A DNA stretch of 64,000 nt from Mayamaea pseudoterrestris (lineage: Eukaryota), in the NCBI GenBank assembly GCA_027923505.1, contig BROI01000018.1, positions 124,001 through 188,000 of the forward strand, given 5' to 3'. Positions within the stretch are counted from its first letter, which is position 1, and every line of letters starts with the position of its first letter. Below the pieces are notes generated by a model, which saw only the letters and a program-made list of their open reading frames with translations, made no database searches and had not been told where the DNA came from. Position numbers and translations under genes: made by a program. Positions 21,431-32,100 of the stretch are shown piece by piece.

Positions 21431-22749
21431 TTTGCAGGTTGGCTTGCTGCTGACTAGTTGGTACAGTACGTTACGTTTGCGGGCGGACTAAGTGGTACCA
21501 TTTGGCTTGCGGCTGACCAATTGGTACAGTATGTGGGGGACAGGTACCGTGGGTGGACAGTTGGTGCAGACGTGGGGCGGACTAGTGGACCATAGTTGCA
21601 GGTTGGCTTGGGGCGACAAATGGTACAGTACGCAGTTTGCGGGACGGACTAAGTGGTACCATTAGTTTGCAGGTTGGCTTGCGGCTGACAAATTGGACAG
21701 TATGTTTGTGGGCGGACTAAGTGGAGGCAGGTTGTTGGGCGACAGTTGGACAGTACGGTTGGCGGGTGGACTAAGTGGTACCATTAGTTTGCAGGTTGGC
21801 TTGCGGCCGACTAATTGGCACCATATGTTTGGGGAGGACAAGTGGTACCATTAGTTTGCAGGTTGGCTTGCGGCTGACTAAATGGTACCATACGCTTTGG
21901 GGCGGATAAGTGGTACCTTAGTTTGCAGGTTGGCTTGCGGCTGACTAATTGGTACAGTACGCTTGCTGGGTGAGCGGGCACCATAGATTGCAGGTTGGCT
22001 TGTGGCTGACTAGCGAGGGACTAGGGAGAGGCGTAGGACGATGTTTGGCGGGACACGTGCAGGTTGGCTGCGTGACATTGCACCAAATGTGGGGTGGGGG
22101 GCGTACCATTAGTTTGCAGGTTGGCTTGCGGCCGACTAATTGGTACCATACGCTGGCGAGGGTACCATAGTTTGCAGGTTGGCTTGGGCCGACTAATTGG
22201 TACAGTACGCTTGCTGGTGGACAGGGCTACCATTAGTTTGCAGGTTGGCTTGTGGCCGACTAATTGGTACAGTACGCTTATGGGCGGACCAATGGTACCA
22301 TTAGCTTGCAGTTGGCTTGCGGCTGACTAATTGGTACAGTACGCTTGAGCGGGCAGACAAGTGGCACCATTGGTGGAGGCTGACTAATTGGGACAGTATG
22401 TGTGTGTGTGGACAAGTGGACCATTAGTTTGCAGATTGGCCGGGACTAGTTGGTACAGTACGCAGTTTGTGGACTAAGTGGTAACATTAGTTTGCAGGTT
22501 GGCTTGTGGCTGACTAAATGGTACAGTACGCGAGTTTGCGGGTGGACTAAGTGGTACCATTATGTTGCAGGTTGGCTTGGCGGCTGACTAATTGGCACCA
22601 TACGCTTGCGGGTGGACTAAGTGGTACCATTATTTGCAGGTTGGCTTGCGGCTGATTAATTGGTACCATACGTTTGGGGCGGACTAAGTGGTACCATTGG
22701 TTTGCAGGTTGGCTTGCGGCTGACTATTTGCGTACAGTACGTTTGCTGG
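21431..22749. repeat. Tandem satellite, unit ~65-70 bp, roughly 20 degenerate copies
   Basis: Approximate consensus GTGGTACCATTAGTTTGCAGGTTGGCTTGCGGCTGACTAATTGGTACAGTACGCTTGCGGGTGGACTAA; GTGGTACCAT recurs at 22551, 22621 and 22688. Confidence 0.92.
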
Positions 22750-23070
22750 TGTTGCAGGATGCGAACGAAAAACAGCGAAAATCGGGCAAGTCACACCGAA
22801 TGTCCGATAGGGTGACACAGCGGCACTCGCGGCTCACCACAGCCTCACGATCGCGTGATGCGTGGCAGCGACGGCTTCGAAGCGATTCAACAAGTATATT
22901 GCTGAAACTAGTGCGATATAGAGTAGAAACAAGCAGACTTACGCTTGAAGAGTTAAGAAAGCGATTTATTCGTCTCTCGTATTGTAGCAACTGCAAGCTT
23001 GGATTGGCCATCCAAGGACAGCTACAAGCGAAAGGTGCAACGATTTGATTTACAAGTTACAAGATTAACA
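22750..23070 (+). repeat. 5' LTR (right boundary tentative)
   Basis: Starts TGTTG; the first ~119 bp are duplicated at 29015; a candidate end ...TAACA at 23070 gives TGTT/AACA termini. Confidence 0.65.
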
Positions 23071-23210
23071 CTGTCTTGAGACTCATTGCCTCGGCATAGA
23101 GACTTTATCGACGAAGAGTACTATTGATTTACGAAGTAACGTGGACGCACGTTGGTTCTGGCCCGGAAAGTTCCGCAGGTGATAGCAAGAACATTGTCAC
23201 GACGACAACG

Positions 23211-25121
23211 ATGGCGGAAACTCGCGCGCAGAAAGACGCGGCGTTTGCGCATGTTTACGAAGAGAACGTAGGCGTTTTCCAAGATCCTCAGTTCAAGGAG
23301 TTATTCGACGAACTCGGAGTAGAATCGCTTACGCAACTGATCGAGATGGAGTACGACGATTTCGCGACGAAGTGGAACGTCACGACGACGACAACGACGA
23401 CGACTGACGATGGCGACAATGTCACGCAGGAAACGAGCGAACACTCGCTAACGAAGATGAAACAACGCACGATCACGAACGCGATCGAATGGTATTTGGC
23501 GCAAGAGTCGCCGGACATCAAGACATGGTCGCAACTGACCACCGAAACGCTGGCGACGTTCGTCACAGCACGAGCGAAGGAACGAGTCCAAGCGCGCAAC
23601 ATTGCGAGCGTGGGCAGCGGAAGCGGAGCGAAACCTCCAGCGAAGGAAAGCGAAACGGAATCCAAGAAGGACGAATCCAAGGACTCCACGCTAACGAACG
23701 AAGGCAACGAGTCGAAGCCTGACTCGGCCGACAAGGTGCCACCGACGAGTGTGGACGTGGACACGAAGCAGTCACCGACATCCGTACTGGACCTCGGCGA
23801 CGACGAAGACGACGAGAAGTATTCAGACCAATTTACGAAGTCTATCAAGTTCTCGGCGAGGGATTGTAAAGAAATGAAGCTGGATTCCTCGTGGAAACAG
23901 TGGATTTCCGAGTTGAAAGTCATCGCTACATTGCATGACTTCCACGAAGTCTTTGACGACGATTATGACCCGAAGGAAAAGGGACCGAAAGAACAGAAGG
24001 CGTATGCAAAGAAGAATGTGTTTGTATACAGGATCTTTCTCACGCACTGTCGAACTCCGTCTGCATCACTCGCAGTACAGCAGTTCAAGAAGACGATGGA
24101 CGGACGCGAAGTCTACCAACGATTGCGAACGCGATACGAAGAAGGCGCTACTGCTCACATCGAGAAGGAACGCGCCGGAAAGGAACTGCAGGGAATGCGG
24201 CTGACCGAGAAGTGGTCACGGCCGACGATCGAATTTCTCGCACTGTTCTACAAGAAAGTCATCTGGCTGCTCGAAATGGACGCAGAAGCTCTGACAGGTT
24301 TACAACGATACGACATGCTACGCGACGCTTCCTCCGAGCACACAGGATTCAGCGCATCACTAGCAGGTTTTGACGGAATGATTGCCATCAAGAAACACAT
24401 GGGGCAACACGACTCGGAAGACAATTTCGCGCAGTTGTACGCGCACTTAGAAGAGTGCTGCATCAAGTATGACAAGAAACACCCATCGACGACGAAGACT
24501 AAGCGCACAATCAATCAAGCGCAGTCTAGTGGAACGAAAGGAGGCGGCGGCGGCAATGGCGGCGCGACTCCAAGCGGCTTATCGGCGGAACGATTTGCAG
24601 CGATCATGAAGAAACCTCACGCGAGCGTGAAGGATGAAGTCTGGTTGGAGATGAAGTTTGATCAGCGAAAGCAGTTGAAGGACAAGCGAGCGACGGCGCC
24701 CAAGACACCCGAAAACGGATGGCGACCGCGCAACCAACGAGGCACGGCTACGACGCAGACGCAAGTCAACGCGGCGCATCAAGAGCGTCACGCGACGGAA
24801 TCTGTAGCGAACGATCACGCAAGCGTTCCTGGCACGATTAATATTCAGCCCGGCAATAGTGGAATGTCAGTCCAAACGGCTGCACGATCGGTTCTGCAAG
24901 CGAACAATGCGAGTACTACAACTCAGCAAGTGACAGGATCGTTGACGACTGATAACACCGGACGAGGTACATTCAGCTTCAACATGCATCGTCGATGCGC
25001 GTCAATCGCGCACACTACGAGCGGATCAACGAAGGCGCGCTCATCGACAGCGGCGCGAACGGAGGCTTATGCGGAGGAGACATGCTCGTCGTTTCGGAAA
25101 CGAACGCCGAGGTGGATGTGA
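23211..25121 (+). CDS. gag: Copia Gag-like ORF
   Basis: Long ORF directly after the LTR, with the copia gag-like segment FKKTMDGREVYQRLRTRYE; no CCHC knuckle seen. Confidence 0.8.
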   Translation: MAETRAQKDAAFAHVYEENVGVFQDPQFKELFDELGVESLTQLIEMEYDDFATKWNVTTTTTTTTDDGDNVTQETSEHSLTKMKQRTITNAIEWYLAQESPDIKTWSQLTTETLATFVTARAKERVQARNIASVGSGSGAKPPAKESETESKKDESKDSTLTNEGNESKPDSADKVPPTSVDVDTKQSPTSVLDLGDDEDDEKYSDQFTKSIKFSARDCKEMKLDSSWKQWISELKVIATLHDFHEVFDDDYDPKEKGPKEQKAYAKKNVFVYRIFLTHCRTPSASLAVQQFKKTMDGREVYQRLRTRYEEGATAHIEKERAGKELQGMRLTEKWSRPTIEFLALFYKKVIWLLEMDAEALTGLQRYDMLRDASSEHTGFSASLAGFDGMIAIKKHMGQHDSEDNFAQLYAHLEECCIKYDKKHPSTTKTKRTINQAQSSGTKGGGGGNGGATPSGLSAERFAAIMKKPHASVKDEVWLEMKFDQRKQLKDKRATAPKTPENGWRPRNQRGTATTQTQVNAAHQERHATESVANDHASVPGTINIQPGNSGMSVQTAARSVLQANNASTTTQQVTGSLTTDNTGRGTFSFNMHRRCASIAHTTSGSTKARSSTAARTEAYAEETCSSFRKRTPRWM

Positions 25122-28100
25122 CTGGTATTGACGATCATATTGTCCCAGCTCTCAAGATTGGCACTGCAGCTGGACTGGCAAAGACCCTTAGTGGCGAAAC
25201 CATTCTGCTTCTGTGTCACCAGTATGCTTTAAAGCGAGACGGACCGACGATTCATTGCCCGAATCAATTGCGCGCAATGGGACATCGCGTCGACGATATT
25301 CCGACCATGTTTGGCGGAACGCAACGAATTACGACGAACATTGAGGCTACGTTTTGCCATTGGCAATTCGCGATGGCCTGGTGTACTTGGACGTGACGAA
25401 ACCCACGTTCGATGATTTGGATAAGTATCCGACTGTCATCATGACGTCGGACGTGCCGTGGGACCCGACTGTTTACGATGTCGAGCACGCGCACGACGAT
25501 TTCGACGAACGAGATCATGATTATGGATCTTTCGACGAACGATTCGATGATGACGGTATCACGCACCGCAATCGTCACACGCCGACACGCACTGGCGACG
25601 AACTTGACGTACTGATCAATCGGTGCGTGCGACACGCTCAGTTTTCACGCGTTAATTTGCGGAAGCTAAGAAGCAAGGAACCGGACTATAATGCTCTTCG
25701 GCCGTACCTCGGATGGGTCCCGACTGAGCGCGTTCAACAGACTTTACGTCACACGGAAGCATGGTATCATCTCAGCGCACACCCGCGATTACCATTTCGA
25801 CACCTCACGAAATCACGATTTCCGGCCGCGAACGTTCAGCGGTTGCGCGAACTATTCGCCACGGACACGATACACTCTGACACGCCAGCTTTGGATGATG
25901 GAATTCTAGGGCAGGTGGGAGCTACTAAGATGCAGCTCTTTGTTGGACGAGAAAGTTTTTACACTTGCGGCTACCCGATGAAGTCGGAGAGCGAAATTTC
26001 AAACTCTTTAGAGTATTTTATCCGCGAAGTGGGCGCGCCTAACGGACTGCTCAGCGACAATGCCAAGTCGGAGACTGGCAAGGCTGTGAGGGATCTCTGT
26101 CGGATGTACAATATTCCTCAAGTGACCACAGAACCGGGTCATCCAGAACAAAATCCATGCGAACGTCACACGTCGCACATTAAGCCAATGATGGAGAACC
26201 TCCAACGAGATTCGGCTTCGCCAGGCCATTGCTGGGTTTTGCTGATTAAATTCGTAATCATGATACTGAACGTCCTCGCGACGAAATCGCTGGGATGGCG
26301 CACGCCAACGGAAGTTGCGTTCGGAAATCTGCCGGATATTTCGCCTTTGTTACATTTCAAGTGGTGGGAACCGGTCACGCTTGAGGCGCAGGGGAGTTTA
26401 CCCTCGGCGGTACGATCTGGCAACGGCCGATTCGTGGGCATCGCAGAGAATAGCGTCCGCACATGACTTTTCCGTTCTGACGGACGACACGCTTCAGGCG
26501 ATTCCGCGCTCCAACGTGGTCTCGCGCAGCTACTTGTTACCACGAGAGTTGCCTTCCTTCCCTGAGTCTGGAGGAGATTTCTGAAGAAGCTACACGCGCA
26601 AGCGAGCGAAATTTTGAAACTCCAGATCTCGCGACAGGACGCTACCATAGCACGCATGCGACAGAAAGTAGTCACGACAACTACGAAGGAAACGACGACG
26701 AAACAATTCCGATGGCGAACCACGCCAACGTACCAGCGAAGTTCTTCAGAAGGGCTGAGCAAGAATCAGGAATAAATGCCCTCTGTTCTCTCCAAGCGAA
26801 CTCATCGGACGCACGTTCGTAAGGGAACACGAAAACGGTCAGAAAATGCGAGCGACTGTATGCGAATATATCGAAGTACGCGATAACGAGCTACTCGAAA
26901 CGACGAAAGGTTTCCCTAATCCAAATGGGAGAGGAGCCAGCGAAAGACTTAATAAGTTACAACGAACTGTCGGATTTAATCGAACGACAGATGGACGAAG
27001 ATATACGAAACGATCCGGCGACTCAGTGGGTATTCACGAAGGTAATCGGACACGAGCTTAATTTGAAACCGAACGATCCGACATACAAAGGAAGTTCAAG
27101 TAACGTTCTCGTCGAATGGACTGACGGAACGACGACGTGGGAGCCTCTCGCGATCATGAAGAAGGACGATCCGATAACGATCGCAGAGTATGGACTCAAG
27201 CACGGCTTACTCGACAAGCCAGGATGGAAGCAGCTGGAGCATTACACTCGGAAGCGAAAGAAGTTTCGACAGATGGTAACAGCGGCGAAACGAAAATCGA
27301 AAGCAAACGGCGTACGCTACAAATTCGGCGTAAGGTTGCCGCGCAATTATAAAGATGCGAAAGCTCTCGACGAGATCAACGGCAACACGCTGTGGACGGA
27401 TGCGATTCGAACGGAATTAAATCAGATAAATGATTACGACACGTTCGCAGATCAAGGAGTCGGTAAGGTTATGCCGGCGCCGTGGAAACGAATAAACGTG
27501 CACATGATATTCGATGTCAAGCACGATTTGCGACGGAAAGCACGACTCGTTGCAGGAGGACATATGACAGAGCCGCCGAAGGATTCAGTTTACTCGGGCG
27601 TTGTGTCATTGCGAAGTCTACGAATGGTAGCGATGTTAGCGGAACTCAACGGTCTGGAACTGTGGGCAGCTGACGTCGGCAACGCATACTTGGAAGCGAA
27701 AACGAAAGAGAAGGTTTATATCGTGGCAGGTCCGGAGTTCGGGGAGCTCGAGGGTCACACGCTCACGATCGTGAAGGCATTATACGGTCTTCGCACGTCA
27801 GGCGCACGCTGGCACGAGCACTTTGCAGACACGCTCCGCGACATTGGCTTCATGCCGTGTATCGCAGAACCGGACGTGTGGATGCGCGATAAAGGCACGC
27901 ACTACGAATACGTTTGTGTGTATGTCGACGATTTAGCGATAGCGATGAAGAATCCGGAAGGAACTAACGGATCTTTTAATTGAGAACTACAACTACAAGT
28001 TGAAGGGCGTCGGTCCATTGGCATATCATTTGGGCGCAGACGTTTGGCGAGACGACGACGGCGTACTCTGCTTCGGAGCGAAGAAGTACGTCACAAGACT

Positions 28101-28998
28101 ACTAGCGAACTACAAAGAAATGTTCGGCGAGGAACCGCGACCGCAGACAAGTCCACTACGCGACGGCGATCATCCGGAACTCGACGAAACGAAAGAACTT
28201 GACGACGACGGAATTGCGAAGTATCAATCGATAATTGGTGCGTTGCAATGGGCAGTAAGTTTATGTCGATTCGACATTCACTGTGCTGTCATGACTATGG
28301 GGAGATTCCGAGCTGCGCCACGAGCGGGGCACTTGGAACGGTTGAAGCATATTTGCGGATACTTACGAAGATACCCGGATGGAGCGATTCGATTCAACGT
28401 TTCGATTCCAACGGACGAGCGATACGCGACAGTTGACAAGATGGATTGGGATTACAGTGTGTACGGCAAGATCTGCGAAGAGCTTCCGTGGAACATGCCC
28501 ACGCCGCGCGGCAAGGCGGTGCGAATGTCAACGTTCGAAGATGCGAACCTGTACCACGATTACACGACGGGACGGGCAGCGATGGGCATGCTACACATGT
28601 TGAATGGAACAGTCGTTGATTGGTTTTCGAAACGCCAAGCGACGGTCGAGACGGCGACGTACGGCTCGGAGTTTGTAGCAGCGAGAGTGAGCACGGAGCA
28701 GATCATGGATCTTCGCTTCACGCTACGCATGTTGGGAGTTCCGCTCGACGGACCTTCATGGATGTTTGGAGACAACAAGTCGGTAACGCAAAGCAGCAAC
28801 CTACCGCACTCTAGTCTGACGAAGCGACACAATGCACTGGCATTTCACCGTGTACGCGAAGCGATTGCGGCGGGAATTATTAATTTCAACCACATCATGG
28901 GAACGACAAACCCGGCGGATGTACTTACCAAGTTTCTTCCACGGGCTACGGCAAGCAAGCACTTAAAGAACCTGCTCTTCAAGGAATCTAACTATTAG
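24995..28998 (+). CDS. pol: Copia Pol (protease, integrase, RT, RNase H), broken into several frames
   Basis: PR ALIDSGANG; IN FATDT..LLSDNAKSE..PEQNPCER; RT RKARLVAGGH, ADVGNAYL, KALYGL, YVDDL; RNase H ATYGSEF, FGDNKSV, NPADVLTK. Confidence 0.92.
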
Positions 28999-29014
28999 GT
29001 ATGACTTGAGGGGA

Positions 29015-29132
29015 GTTGCAGGATGCGAACGAAAACAGCGAAAATCGGGCAAGTCACACCGAATGTCCGATAGGGTGACACAGCGGCACTCGCGGCTCAC
29101 CACAGCCTCACGATCGCGTGATGCGTGGCAGC
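29015..29132 (+). repeat. Truncated 3' LTR
   Basis: Identical to 22751-22869 except one A in a homopolymer; stops at TGGCAGC, which is shared with the adjacent satellite. Confidence 0.9.
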
Positions 29133-32100
29133 TCCAACAAGTTATTGGATCTGCTGAGTCCCACCATGGCAGACAGGCTGGTGGATATGGGGGCAATAGT
29201 CACCACAGCATTGGCTCAAAATATCAACAAACATAAGTGGAATGGGTTGGATGGCTTAGCAGGCAAGGCTGATGATCCTGTAGCCAAAGCATGGTGCACT
29301 GCTTGCACATTCAACAACTTGTTGAATGTGCGGAGTCTCATGGCACAATGCTGCGTTCCACACCACAATTGACATGACTATTGGTCCAATTGTATCATAT
29401 GTATTTTGGTTCTAATATTCTTGGATCTGCAGGGCACTCTGGCAGTCTGTGTACCAGTTGAGGTGCACCGCTGGCAGACCTTACAAGTTATTGGATCTGC
29501 CAAGTCTCACCATGGCAGACATGCATGGGGATATTGGGGTGAAAGTCACCCCAGCATTGGCTCAAATGTCAACAAACATAAGTGGAATGGGTTGGATGGC
29601 TTAGCAGGCAAGGCTGATGATCCTGTAGCCAAAGCATGGTGCACTGCTAGCACATTCAACAACTTGTTGAATGTGCGGAGTCTCATGGCGCAATGCTGCG
29701 TTCCACACCACAATTGACATGACTAGTGGTCCAATTGTATCATATGTATTTTGGTTTCAATATTCTTGTGACTGCAGGGCACTCTGGCAGTCTGTGTACC
29801 AGTGGAGGTGCACCGCTGGCAGCTCCTACAAGATATTGGATCTGCCGAGTCTCACCTTGGCAGACAGGCTAGTGGATATTGGGGTGATAGTCACCACAGC
29901 ATTGGATCAAAATGTCAACAAACATAGAGAAAAGGGGTTGGATGGCTTAGCAGGCAAGGCTGATGATCCTGTAGCCAAAGCATGGTGCACTGCTAGCACA
30001 TTCAACAACTTGTTGAATGTGCAGAGTTGCATGGCGCAATGCTGCGTTCCACACCACAATTGACATGACTAATCGTCCAATTGTATCATATGTATTTTTA
30101 TTCTCAGGTCTGCAGGCCATTCTGGCAGTCTGTGTACCAGTGGAGGTGCACCACTGGCAGATCCAACAAGTTATTGGATCTGCCGAATCCTACCGTGGCA
30201 GACAGGCTGGCAGATATGGGGGTGATAGTTGTTCCAGCATTGACTCAAAATATCAACAAACATAAGAGGAATGGGTTGAATGGCTTAGCAGGCAAGGCTG
30301 ATGATCCTGTAGCCAAAGCATGGTGCACTGCTAGCACATTGTGCGGAGTCTCATGGCGCAATGCTGCATTCCACACCACAATTGACATGACTATTGGTCA
30401 AATTGTATCATATGTATTTTGGTTTCAATATTCTTGGATCTGCAGGCCAAATTTGGCAGTCTGTGTACCAGTTGAGGTGCACTGCTGGCAGCTCCAACAA
30501 GTTATTGGATCTGCCGAGTCTCACCATGGCAGACAGGCTGGTGGATATTGGGGTGATAGTCACCCCAGCATTGGCTCAAAATGTCAACAAACATAAGAGG
30601 AATGGGTTGGATGGCTTAGCAGGCAAGGCTGATGATCCTGTAGCCAAAGCATGGTGCACTGCTAGCACATTCAACAACTTGTTGAATGTGCAGAATCTCA
30701 TGGCGCAATGCTGTGTTCCACACCACAATTGACATGACTATTGCTCCAATTGTATCATATGTATTTTGGTTTCAATATTTTTGTGACTGCAGGGCACTTT
30801 GGCAGTCTGTGTACCAGTGGAGGTGCACCGCTGGCAGATCCAACAAGTTATTGGATCTGCCAAGTCTCACCATGGCAGACAGGCTGGTGGATATTGGGGT
30901 GATAGTCACCCAAGCATGGGCTTAAGATGTCAACAAACATAAGCAGAAAGGGGTTATATTGCTTAGCAGGCAAGGCTGATGATCCTGTAGCCAAAGCATG
31001 GTGCACTGCTTGTGCGGAGTCTCATGTCGCAATGCTGCGTTCCACACCACAATTGACATGACTATTGGTCCAATTGTATCATATGTATTTTGGTTTTAAT
31101 ATTCTCGGGTCTGCAGGGCACTCTGGCAGTCTGTGTACCAGTGGAGGTGCACCGCTGGCAGCTCCTACAAGTTATTGGATCTGCCAAGTCTCACCTTGGC
31201 AGACAGGCTGGTGGATATTGGGGTGATAGTCACCACAGCATTGGCTCAAAATGTCAACAAACATAAGTGGAATGGGTTGGATGGCTTAGCAGGCAAGGCT
31301 GATGATCCTGTAGCCAAAGCATGGTGCACTGCTTGCACATTCAACAACTTGTTGAATGTGCGGAGTCTCATGGCACAATGCTGCGTTCCACACCACAATT
31401 GACATGACTATTGGTCCAATTGTATCATATGTATTTTGGTTTTAATATTCTCGGGTCTGCAGGGCACTCTGGCAGTCAGTGTACCAGTGGAGGTGCACCG
31501 CTGGCAGCTCCAACAAGTTATTGGATCTGCTGAGTCCCACCATGGCAGACAGGCTGGTGGATATGGGGGCAATAGTCACCACAGCATTGGCTCAAAATAT
31601 CAACAAACATAAGCAGAAAGGGGTTGGATTGCTTAGCAGGCAAGGCTGATGATCCTGTAGCCAAAGCATGGTGCACTGCTTGTGCGGAGTCTCATGGCAC
31701 AATGCTGCGTTCCACACCACAATTGACATGACTATTGGTCCAATTGTATCATATGTATTTTGGTTCTAATATTCTTGGATCTGCAGGCCAATCTGGCAGT
31801 CTGTGTACCAGTTGAGATGCACTGCTGGCAGCTCCAACAATTTTTTGGATCTGCCGAGTCTCACCATGGCAGACAGGCTGGTGGATATTGGGGTGATAGT
31901 CACCCCAGCATTGGCTCAAAATGTCAACAAACATAAGAGGAAAGGGGTTGGATGGCTTAGCAGGCAAGGCTGATGATCCTGTAGCCAAAGCATGGTGCAC
32001 TGCTTGCACATTCAACAACTTGTTGAATGTGCGGAGTCTCATGGCACAATGCTGCGTTCCACACCACAATTGACATGACTATTGGTCCAATTGTATCATA

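Larger units (their letters stand above)
22750..29132 (+). mobile_element. Ty1/copia LTR retrotransposon (diatom CoDi-like); 3' LTR truncated
   Basis: Domain order gag-PR-IN-RT-RNaseH; direct repeat 22751-22869 = 29015-29132; polypurine tract GAGGGGAG at ~29008-29015. Confidence 0.95.

Noticed and set aside
23071..23175. tRNA primer-binding site of the copia element
   Set aside because: Neither CTGTCTTGAG... after 23070 nor TGGTTCTGGCCCGG at ~23152 could be matched confidently to a tRNA without a search.
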